A stretch of 64,000 bases of DNA from Cirrosporium novae-zelandiae (lineage: Eukaryota), in contig JAPETS010000002.1 in assembly GCA_026023565.1 (NCBI GenBank), positions 1,240,001 to 1,304,000 on the forward strand. Reading direction: 5' to 3'. Every line of letters begins with the position of its first letter. The stretch's first letter is position 1. The translations under genes were made by a program, and so were the position numbers. Below the pieces are notes generated by a model. It saw only the letters and a program-made list of their open reading frames with translations, did not search any database and was not told where the DNA came from. Positions 13,439 through 24,778 of the stretch are shown piece after piece.

Positions 13439-14243
13439 GACCTTGACGGTTTGTGAAATCCAACCAGCTCCACCAAAAAGCGATATATGATGAACTTTGC
13501 CTGTGTTGATGAGTTGTGTTTCTTTTCCCTACTTCTCGCAGCTTCTTTCACTTGATGATAGCGATCACTTTGCATGATATGAGCGTCGTTCACAAACTGC
13601 TTCTTGGATGCATACATGCATGATATCATGGGCATTTTTATCAAACCGACCCTTTTGCATGTACGACGAAGAAACAAACAAAGAGCGAGCGAATTGCTTT
13701 ATTGATTTTCTAATCAAAATCAGAAAAAAGACATAAGCGAGTGAGAAAAGAAAAATAATTCAACAGTGTATGGGATGAAGTAAAAGAAGTGGGGGCGAAC
13801 GCAAGCGGGTGGGGAGGGGGGAAGGGTAGTAATGATTTTTTATAGGGGGGGGCATAAGAAATACAGCGCTGAGAGCTTCTTTGACTTGGTGGGGACGGTA
13901 TGGGATAGGATGGATGGATGGGTGGATGGGATGGATAGGACGGATATAATGAATGGGCAATTACTCGTTTTTTACTGTGGTTCACAAAAGGGGTGGGTGG
14001 TGGTATTCATGATATCCGTCAGGAGTTCTGTTTTTTCTTCTTCTTAGATTAGGGGCACGGAGGGGGAGGTTTATTTTGAAAGTTTCGTACGAGCTTTTTT
14101 TTTTAAAAAAAAAAGAGATGCACTTTTTACCTTTTGCCTTTTTTATTTCTATTAATTTTGACTGATTTAATTAGAAGAGGGATTTTTTTAAAAAAAAAAT
14201 TTGGATATTGTGTGGATAGATAGGGGGTTTTTTTTATCAAGGT

Positions 14244-14350
<107 letters not shown>

Positions 14351-14768
14351 CTAATTAGAAAATCTGAAAATTGAGGATCGAGGATTCGAGAATCCGAAAA
14401 AATGAATAAATACTGTTCGTTGTCTATATAGTACAGTACAAAACGGGACGAGACGAACGCCCATCCTTTCTTCTCTTCTTCTATGAATTATAGAAATTTT
14501 TTTTATTTTTATTTTTTGTCAATTCCAGCTACTTCTTTGTATCGAATAGCTAAAGTCGCTTCCACTGTTTTTCCTGATATCATTCATAACCATTACCCTC
14601 CGCCCCCCCCCATGAATAAACCCCGGGGCGTATAAGAAAAGGTTTGAGTTACGTGTAATGATTTTCATTCATACTCAGGGGGTTTGGGGAGGATATTTTA
14701 TTCGTCACCACCACCTCCACCAAATCAAGATAAGACCGGGTTCCTTGTAGTCCAAAGTCCCTCCATAC

Positions 14769-16672
14769 TTAGATCTTAACCGCACTCTCAATCGCCTTCC
14801 TCTTCTTCTCTTGATGAGCAATAGCCTTAGCTCCCATAATCCCTCCACCCCAATGTCGGCGGGACTCCTCATACTTGTCTGTATACCCTTCCTTGACGGT
14901 AGAAACAAGTTTCGCGAGCTCGGATTTGTCTTCGCCGCGTACTTCGGTGAGGGAGACGACGGCTGCGGTCTTCTTGTGCACGAGGGTGCCTAGGCGCGCT
15001 TTTCCTTTTATGATGGCGTAGGGGACGCCCATTTTTCGGCAGAGGGCGGGGAGGAAGACTACTAGTTCGATGGGGTCGACGTCATTTGCGATTAGCTAGG
15101 AAGGGGGTGGGGTTAGTATTTTGGATGGATGGGTGGGGATTGAGTTGGGAGGTGGGGGTTGAAGGGGGAACGTACAACGAGGGAGGTCTTCTTGTTTTCG
15201 ATTAGGCCGACGACGTGGTTCAAGCCGTATTTAATCTGAGGGGTATATGTTAGTTATGGGCCGGTTCATTTGGTTTGGTTTGACATTTGTCATTTTGGAT
15301 GATGGGGGAGGGTTGTGGGGGGTACTGACAACATATGGCTTCTTGCTAACGTCTTCGGCTTTCTTGCCCTGCATGAAATTATTAGCGTTTGTTTCAACTT
15401 TTTTGGTGGATGATGCGGGAAAAAGAACTACCTCTTGGATAGCTGAGGCTTCCTTGGTCAATCTTTCTTTCTTTTCCGTCTTCGATTCTGGCCTATATTT
15501 GCTGAGGAGCTTGAATGCCTGGGCGGCGGTGTTGCGGTCGAGGACGTGGCCTAATTTCATACAATGTGAACTTGCCGTCCAAAGCAACAGATACAAGGTG
15601 TGTGAATCTTACTGAATTCTGTTTTACGGTTAGCATTCCGTTGGACGACTAGGGTAAAAATGGGAAGACTCACGGGCAATGGCAGGGGGAACCTTCAATC
15701 TCATGTCTACACATATTGGTTAGGATTTCCCGATTGCCGTAGGAGGTAGGCAAAACACACTGAGGATCCTAAAGTAGACGTTTAGTAATTAATTTCTTGT
15801 TGGAAGGGGGAATGGGACACTCACTTTCGCTGGCGTTGGAGGCGGACATATTCTGGCCACTTTACCATACGCTGGATAGGGAAGGAAACGTTAGTTGACC
15901 TCAAAGGGTGAAGGAGGACACGGATGATACACACCGACAAGTTTCGTTTAGGCTGAATATCTTGACCGATTCCAAAGTTTTTGGAACGCTTCTCGGAGAG
16001 GGGGTTCTTTGCCTGCTTCTGCAAAAAGCTCAATCTAGTGTTCTTTGAAGAACATATTGGAGGTCATTGAGAGCTAGCTGTACCTTTGAAGCGCCGGCCT
16101 TGCCTTGAGGAAAGCTACACACCACATAAGCAGATAATCAAATATGATAACCTGCCAGACTTACGGCGCCGCGGCGACTTTTTTTCCACTCTTAGCGGGT
16201 GCCTGCAGTAGACCCAAGACCCGTCAGCAAAATCAATCACTCAATCGGTGTCTTGTTTTAAGAGGTCGTTGCTAATGAGAACAGCGACCGAACGATGATC
16301 GAGGGAAAAGGCTCTTGGCTCTGTAAAACTATCCAATTGTTTAGTAATCAAGTACTTTCATACCAGAGTTAATTAGGAGTGTCATACCTCTTTGAAACCA
16401 ACAGCTAGTATTTTTGAGTCTCAAGCTCTTTCCCCTCGACCATCGAAACGTTCGCATGTCCTCCAGGCGTCTTCTCCATTGCTAACACAGAGACCTTGTT
16501 GCCAAGGCATGCGAGAGCTCCGGTGGGACTCAAGAATACATGATGAATGTTGGAAAGATGGATATGTCGAAAACATTGTGGGAAATGTAGGTTGGACTGA
16601 AGTCGTGCCGTAGGAAATGGATCCTCATGGCGATGACATTGAATGCAAAACGAGGTTCGGCTTGCTTACCAT
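14769..16672 (-). CDS. RPL8: 60S ribosomal protein eL8 (L8/L7a), 12 exons
   Basis: Spliced product [31 protein letters not shown]...[53 protein letters not shown]...[22 protein letters not shown]...RHWGGGIMG. Eleven GT-AG introns; exon 1 codes only ATG (16670-16672). Confidence 0.96.
16264..16540 (-). ncRNA. Structured RNA element inside RPL8 intron 1 (cis-regulatory element or intronic ncRNA, class unknown)
   Basis: 18-bp helix 16428-16445/16293-16310, 13-bp helix 16527-16539/16408-16420, CCUUG-GCAA-CAAGG tetraloop hairpin 16494-16507, hairpin 16264-16289. Confidence 0.6.
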
Positions 16673-16840
16673 TTTTGCTGAATGTTAGTAGTCGTCTGGG
16701 TGGAAACGAGAAATTGAAGTTGGACAGTGGAGAGGAATGGAACAGAGTTGTAATCATGAAGGTTAGATTTTGGTTGTGTGAAATTTCGCGCCAAGACTTT
16801 GCGGGCTGTTTACCTCGCTTTGAACTTTGCCTATTTTGTC

Positions 16841-16858
16841 AGGGCTCTAACCCTAGCC
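16841..16858. promoter_or_regulatory. Possible Tbf1-type (TAACCCTA/TAGGG) site upstream of RPL8
   Basis: AGGGCTCTAACCCTAGCC lies about 170 bp upstream of the RPL8 ATG. Telomere-like Tbf1 motifs are known in many ascomycete ribosomal-protein promoters. Confidence 0.4.
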
Positions 16859-16985
16859 TTGCAGCTATGTTCCAACTTCATAGGAGTTATCAAGTTATCA
16901 AGCTATAGATCAAGATTCAATAATACATATTAATAGGTCATCTAAATCTATACAGCTATTTTTTTATTTAACTCTACTCTATCGT

Positions 16986-18275
16986 CTAGGTAACCCCCAA
17001 ATCAACAGCCTCCATCTGTCTTCTCAAAGTTGAGCTCCCCTCCTCATCCTCAACGCTTAGTTCAATAGCCATCTTCGGTCGATTCTTATTAAGACCCTCA
17101 AGAAGCATGCAAGCCTTGCAAATACGTTGACTTGAGAGATAGCCACACTTTTCACATGTCCCCATCCGCTGTTTTTGCACCTTGCGAGATTTCTTTTTGT
17201 CGTGTTTGCCATTGCTGGGATGTATCCTATCATGGCGTTGGCCATTGACGGCCAGGGGTGATATTATTTCCGTCTCTCTCTCCTCGGCGGCTTCATTCTC
17301 TTTCAGGCGCTTCTCCATTTCCACCATTTCGCCTCCGCTGCTTCTTCCGTTTTGAGATCCACAGCCACCTTCTCCTCCTTCCTCGACGGTGGCTGCAGCC
17401 GGTAATCCATTACCATTTCCTGAGCATTGAGACGACCCTGCGACTTCTGAAGGAACTAATTTGGCCATGTCTTCTCCACTCCTGACAACATCCAAGATGG
17501 CGCTTGGTCTCACCCTTTCGAGGTTCTTAATAAGTTGTCTGGCACTGCCTCTAAAGGCCTCTGGACTGTAGATACACTCTGTGCTAAAGTAGTCCAGCCT
17601 TTTATGGTGCGCGTAGAGCACAATCTCCTTCTCGTATGCATACTTCAACGGCTTGCTTCTTTTGATTTCGCTAGCCGTAGATGAGGTAACGATACTTGTT
17701 GCACGCGCCAATCTTGGTAAGTCTCCTCGCAATAGATTCATCAGGACGGTCTCCGCGACGTCATCAGCATTATGTCCTGTCACCACATGCTTGATCCCTA
17801 ATTTTGCCGCCCCGCGATCGAGAGCCTGCCGGCGAAAGACACCGCAGTAGGTACAATTCCCTTTCTTGCCCACCTGCTCAACTACCTGATCCATAGTCCA
17901 GCCATAGAGTTGGTTATAGCCCACGATCTCGAGGGGCATGTTATATTGTAGCGCATTTCTCTTAACAGTCTCTAGACTATCATCCCGGTAGCCTTTGATT
18001 CCCTCGTCTATAGATAACAGAACCAAATCCAAACCGTAGTTGTGACGCTCATTCAATGTTTTCAAGACGGATGCAAGGACGGTAGAATCTTTTCCACCTG
18101 AGGCCCCAATCGCGATGCGCTCGCCGGGGTAAAAGAGATTATTGGTAGTGATTGTGTGATGAATTTCAGTTTCGAATACTTCGATAAAACATGCTTTGCA
18201 TAGTTTCTGCTGGTTCTTGGGCCGTATTATGAGGGCGCGAGAGGTCTTGCAGATGGCACATAGTGTGGGTGGCAT
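16986..18275 (-). CDS. NCS6: Cytoplasmic tRNA 2-thiolation protein 1 (Ncs6/Ctu1)
   Basis: PP-loop [22 protein letters not shown]- and C-terminal CxxC zinc fingers; single exon. Confidence 0.96.
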   Translation of the reverse strand: MPPTLCAICKTSRALIIRPKNQQKLCKACFIEVFETEIHHTITTNNLFYPGERIAIGASGGKDSTVLASVLKTLNERHNYGLDLVLLSIDEGIKGYRDDSLETVKRNALQYNMPLEIVGYNQLYGWTMDQVVEQVGKKGNCTYCGVFRRQALDRGAAKLGIKHVVTGHNADDVAETVLMNLLRGDLPRLARATSIVTSSTASEIKRSKPLKYAYEKEIVLYAHHKRLDYFSTECIYSPEAFRGSARQLIKNLERVRPSAILDVVRSGEDMAKLVPSEVAGSSQCSGNGNGLPAAATVEEGGEGGCGSQNGRSSGGEMVEMEKRLKENEAAEERETEIISPLAVNGQRHDRIHPSNGKHDKKKSRKVQKQRMGTCEKCGYLSSQRICKACMLLEGLNKNRPKMAIELSVEDEEGSSTLRRQMEAVDLGVT

Positions 18276-18621
18276 ATTCAAAGCCGGCACAAGATCTAAC
18301 GCAAAAATATGGGGGGGGGGGGAATGGGAATGGAAAAATCAAGACATCCGGGAATTAATATTTGGTTAGATCCAAACTCGACATTAATTACCTATAGATA
18401 TAAGCAGATTAAGAACGTCGGCGTGTGGTGGGGAGAAAAATAATGTTTGCATCTCATCAAGCAAACCCCCCGCTATCGGATCCCTCAGGCATCACAAAAT
18501 TCAAATTCACTCTGTTTGTTCTGTTTGCTTCCCACACTAGCGCCTGGTCCGTGCTTCCCAACTTCTATTTAATCAGCTCCTCCTCCCTTTCTCTTTCTCT
18601 TTTTTTCTTCTTTTCTTCTTT

Positions 18622-18858
18622 AGCTCTGTGAGTATTCACCTCCCTTTACCCCATACTTTTGCTAATAACTATCGCAGCTTTGCCTTTTGGCTTAGATCAA
18701 GTGTAGTATCTGTTCTTTTCAGTTTAATCTCTGAAATGGTTCTAAGGAACCAAACATTGATTAATCTTATTTTTGGCATTGGTGAGAATGGCCTCTGTGC
18801 TTGCGCATGTCTTCTTACACTGTGTCCCTGGTATTACACTACCTCCAGGTGACGCGAA
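18622..18858 (+). ncRNA. U2: U2 spliceosomal snRNA, interrupted by a spliceosomal intron (18628-18677)
   Basis: CTTTGCCTTTTGGCTTAGATCAAGTGTAGTATCTGTTCTTTTCAGTTTAATCTCTGAAA (stem I, branch-pairing GTAGTA, stem IIa), Sm site ATTTTTG near 18769-18775, stem-loop IV CCTGGTATTACACTACCTCCAGG. The exact 5' and 3' ends are approximate. Confidence 0.95.
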
Positions 18859-18965
18859 TTCTATCTTTTCATCATCTACTTCGGCTTGTCTGGAGATTTG
18901 GGGAAGAGGGTTTTTGAGTGACGAGATTTGTGATCAGGATGTGATGAGACGGAAATTCTCGCTTA

Positions 18966-18969
<4 letters not shown>

Positions 18970-18997
<28 letters not shown>

Positions 18998-19014
18998 AGT
19001 GTGAGTGTGTGTGT
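18970..19014. repeat. (GT)n microsatellite
   Basis: Read directly. Confidence 0.9.
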
Positions 19015-19568
19015 CCTTTTTATGGGAGCCGAATTGTTTTAACCTTTACATAGACCCACCTCACTGCTGCTTTGAATCCTTCTCATATTAGCTACTCTCG
19101 ACTTTATTCTAAAAAACAAGAGAATATACGGCCAAGCAAGCAGCCTACTTACCCATGTATGAAAATATCATAGTGAGGAATAGATGATAGAGATAGATGT
19201 CTTTCTTTCGTAAAAATCGTATATAATTCTTTTCAATAAATAATAATAACGAATTATGGATATCTCTCGTAAAGATGCATGCTAATAATATATAGACTAT
19301 ATATATACAGACAAGCAGACTAAAATAATGCTATATCTTATCCTTCTTCGAAGAAAGCCGGATGGATGGATAGCTTTCTTTTCTAAATAACCCGTATACT
19401 GTACTTGTATCTGTATCCCTCTCCGAAAAACGCCATGCCGAAAACTGACCGGAGGTATATCCATTCGTTCCCAACCACAGTCACTTTATCCACGCACACA
19501 CACGCACATGACAATCGGAGTAGCCCTCTTTTTTATCCATCTCCGCCCCCATTAAATTTAAATCAAAA

Positions 19569-20559
<991 letters not shown>

Positions 20560-22292
20560 TTAGGGCAAAGGATTTTTTGTTCTCAGGGGGTTACCAAAAG
20601 GAAGGCAAGACAGGATTAAAAATTCTCTAGGAGTTAAATGTCTTTCTTTATTCCTCTTTAACAAGGACAAGAAATTCTGGGAATAGGTTCAAATTCCATG
20701 TGTTTTCCTCCCTAGCTCCTCTATTGTACTAGTCTCCTCATCTCAGCAACCATGCTCTACCGCGCTTTCCGACATTACCGCAAGCCAAGTTTCTATATTA
20801 GTAACATGATGATCGCGTGCATATTTGTAGCCTTGTCTGCCCAGAAAGGACACGTAAATGTTGTTCTCCAATAAGAGGAGCTTAGACAGTACATGAGCCC
20901 GCTGTAAAAACGTCATTCGTAAGGCATGATCCTAAGATGGACTAGGGAGATCACAAGAAAGCTCGGGAACTTGGCAGTTCGGTCTGTTGTGAGTATGCAA
21001 TAATGATATTGTTTGACGAGGGGTTTGAAGATGCGCTGAAGAGCCATATTTTAAAAGTATACTGAATTCTCAGATATAACGACAGCTGAGTCCATTGAAT
21101 CGAGCCAGAGCTAATATCCACATAGATCCAAATGTACCAGAAAGTATAATTATTAGAGGTGGCAGACCTAGAAACATGCTGTTTTTGAAGGCGAGAGAGA
21201 TATTAGCTATGGTCTTTGGGGAATTCTGAATCTAAGGCAGTTTTTCACATGTTTTTCTGGTGTTATGTTATCATTATCTTCTAGCCTGCCACGAATCAAG
21301 CCCTCCTCATATAACCGGCGAGAATTTCTCTTCCAGGGGGATGATCTCGGAAAAGGACCCTTGAGAACAATATTCTATCGGTATTGTAGATGAATCCCCT
21401 TGGAGTCGTAACAGAATACTTGGAATTGCAAGTTCCGTTCGGGAAGCCAACCAGTAAGGCTAAGAGAACAGACAATGGGCATTATTCAAAGAAAATAAAC
21501 AGGAAAGGCAATGCTTTGAGCTTCAACTATAAAGTATATTCTCAAGACATCTAGGGTGATCGAAGTCAGCTTTGTAAACACAATCGCAACCGTAGTCGTA
21601 ATCACCCCAATCACAAATACTCACCTACTAATCATAATAAGAAGTTCCATGACCCTACCAGTAGATAAAGTTGTCGTTGCATATAAAATACCCTCGATCA
21701 CGTGAAGCATTAACATAACGACGCTTTTATCGCCTGTCCTCTCAGTCGAAGAGCTCAGGAAGCAAGGCAGTTAGTGCTTATGTTTTTACCATAATTCCAT
21801 CCATCTGTTATAACTCCTAGTAGTAGGGGCATAACTCGTTGTGGTAAAATAATTGATTGGTTAATTATCTAATGAGGAATCTAAGGTCCTCAGCTTATAA
21901 AAAGTGATGCTAGGGTAATTATATGCCCTAGCAGTCTAACCTAATTGGGCATGTAGTAAGGGACCGTAATTAATTTAACAAGTAGAAGTAGAAATCTAAT
22001 ATAAAAACAAAAAAAACCAAGTAATTATTTATTTTTATGTAACTGTACCCGAAAGCAGTCCGAGGGTGAGTCGCCATGTAGGAGCATTTCAAAATTTTCA
22101 GATAATAATTTTTTTTTCTTTGCATTTTCCTTTTTTTTTTTAACAAAGTGGCGTCCAATGTGCCAACTGAGCTACCTATCTTCAAACGCTGGTTATTTGG
22201 TTGTTTTGGTTTGTTTACTTATCGTAAACCACAGCAACAATTTACAAATTTTCGTTTGGCTTCCTGAAATCGCCCAATTCGTACCAGCAACC

Positions 22293-24229
22293 CTATCTCC
22301 TGATATCATAGGCCAAGCACCCCATTCCATCTAGGACCCTCCAGATCTGCGCACTCTCCAGTTTCCCTAATGATTCCATCTCCCTTCCTAATGATTCTCG
22401 ATCTCTTGCCCATTCCACGATACCAATCTGTTGCTCTTTGCTTATGGTCCCTATCGCATCCGCCGCATGAGCGAGGATCTGGCACCAAAGCTCTAGAGGA
22501 AATCCCAGAAGGAGTGGTCGCTTATCGGATTTGATCCTCGTGCTATGGAGAGTAGTAGGACTTGGTGAGGCGCTAGAAGTATTATTTCCTTTGGCTAAGG
22601 TGAAGGTATAAGGGCTCCTTGGACGAGGGGAAGTTTCGACCATGCCGAATATCGGTTCACCTGGATGTTTATTTGTGGCATCCGAAGCCACGAGTTTGGA
22701 AGCGTATGTTTGTTTGGGTGGTCCGATACGTAATACTGGTGCTTGTGGCTCTGGCTCTGGCTCTACCCGCTGGCCTTCCAGCAGAATAGTTCTTGCTAGA
22801 CGCAACATCTTTAGGCCACACCTCCATAGCTCCACACTTTCAGGCCCGAATTCCTTCAATGTGAGGCCCTGAACTCTAATTCGGAGCCGATCAAGTTCAC
22901 CGGATACATTTTGAATGTATGCATGGTAGGGTGTTGAAGGGCTCTCTGGATCGGCAGATGTATTACTCCTCCGTCTTCCTGTCTCCAGGCTATCCCCACT
23001 GGCACTGCCGTTTGAATCCGTGTGAGATCCAGCTCCAGACCCCTTCCGTGAAGATCTGGGGAATGGCTGAGCTTCTTGACTTGATTCCGGGATAGAACTA
23101 TATTCATGTTCATCTACCCTTGCTTGTTCAGCCAGATCTAACAATTTCTGCCCGTTATTGGACAAATTTGCGTTTGGGAGATATATTATTCCAAGGCAAC
23201 CCGACTGGAAGTAATTATCAAGTATCTGTGCGGGCTGGCCGGCCTTCGCTGGAGGCACATACCGAAGAAGTTTATGAGGGGGATAATGAGCCGCGATGAT
23301 ATACGATAGGTGTAAAGCACAGGTATCAGTCATAAAAGTGTCGGCAAATATCATGTAGGGAATGGAGCGAATCCCCCGGGTTGACGAGTACCTTGCCATG
23401 GTGGTTTCTCTGGAATTTTCAACGTCGTATAAGCCGATTGTTGATCCTGTTCTTTGTCAATACGATCCATTTAGGTGGCAAACAAACTGGCCTCTATGTC
23501 TTCGTGCTGTCGGAATCTCAATCGCAACTGCCTCAGTACTGTCGAGATCTGAGGTTATCACCTCCACGTTTCCCTCGCCGCTGGTCCCCTCGGAAGAAAA
23601 GCCATCCACTGTTTCAGCCTTAGAGTACACCCTAGCCAATATTTCAAAAGCCTTCGGCCCTAGAGGGCTCCCGCTGAAGTCCACCCTTCTCAGGACCGAG
23701 CAAAACTTGAAAGACTCAAGAAATCTTTCCCATATTTCTCCATCCTGATCACTTTCAATTTTTATTTCGTTTCCACTCAGATCTAGGTCTTCCAGCTCAT
23801 CTCCAGCAAGCTTTATGATGTCCGCAAGAGGATCCAGCGAGATTACGGAGATTTTATTGTCAGCTAGACAGAGCTCTTCGAGATGTATCACCTTCCCCTG
23901 CTCTCCATTGTATTCGAACGCTTCTTTCAAGCCTTGGGCCAGATGGAGGAATCCCTCATCAGTGATGTTCTTCTTAGAGACGTCGAGCTCAAGGAAGGGG
24001 TCTCTGAAGGCTGCTTTTGCAGATGATCCTGGAGGGATGCGCTTTTTCTAGAATGAATTAGGAAAGATCTGACAAAATTTGGTTGGAATGCAAGTTGCGT
24101 ACTAGGTCTCTGCTCACTACAGTCCCCAGTTTCACACCTTCAACCTTCCTCTATACCTAATATTAGCATCTTGTGATATCAAGTTTATAGGAATATAGAA
24201 CTTGCATTTGTGTAATGAATCCTGCCCAT
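22293..24229 (-). CDS. Fungal leucine-rich-repeat (RNI-like) protein
   Basis: LRR segments LELDVSKKNITDEG, LEELCLADNKI, LEDLDLSGNEI, LRRVDFSGSPLG. Proposed introns at 24151-24205 (GC-AG), about 24048-24102, and 23447-23491 (GC-AG, tentative). Confidence 0.75.
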
Positions 24230-24778
24230 CTTGAATCGCTGTTTGATCTGAGAAAGTCTTCAGCCTGCAAAAGAAGAAATGCCTTGTAGTTGAGTGAGTT
24301 ATAACTGGAGTTGGATGGGCGAGTTTGGAAGGATGTTTGATTCACTAAATACTGGGACCAGTTGGCCCTCCGATGCGTTTACACACATATGCCTGGATGA
24401 CTGCCTGAATGTAAACAAAAGGTCCATGGTTACGGTATCTGTTATTGTCAAGTGTGTTGACTTATTTGTAAGCTCATTGATCAAGCAGCGTCGATAAAAT
24501 ATTACATATGTATAGAGGCGATGGCCTGGTTACCTAGATGGTTTACAATGTCTTTCAATTATTTAAAAAAATGAATCTATTTACTACTCCGAGCTAATGG
24601 GGGCAATACATGTAAACTGTAAATACATGCTTCTGCGCCTTGGTTACCTACATGCAATATGAAAGAGAAGGCACCTTGGTGGACATATTTGGACATGGAG
24701 GAAACATAGAAACTCAATATCCCCGAGAACTGCAATATGAATCAAGCAAATCGTCAAAACAATCATCTGCACTTCTCG

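Noticed and set aside
16540..16600. ATGATGA...CTGA resembling a C/D box snoRNA in RPL8 intron 1
   Set aside because: It lies on the + strand, antisense to the host transcript, with no recognisable rRNA guide or terminal stem.
16846..16856. CTAACCCTA as a telomerase RNA template or telomere
   Set aside because: It is a single copy in a short promoter with no room for a long telomerase RNA; a Tbf1-like site fits better.
20600..21900. Possible decayed gene between MDP-1 and the LRR gene
   Set aside because: No ORF or recognisable motif was found in the frames inspected; it cannot be supported without blastx.
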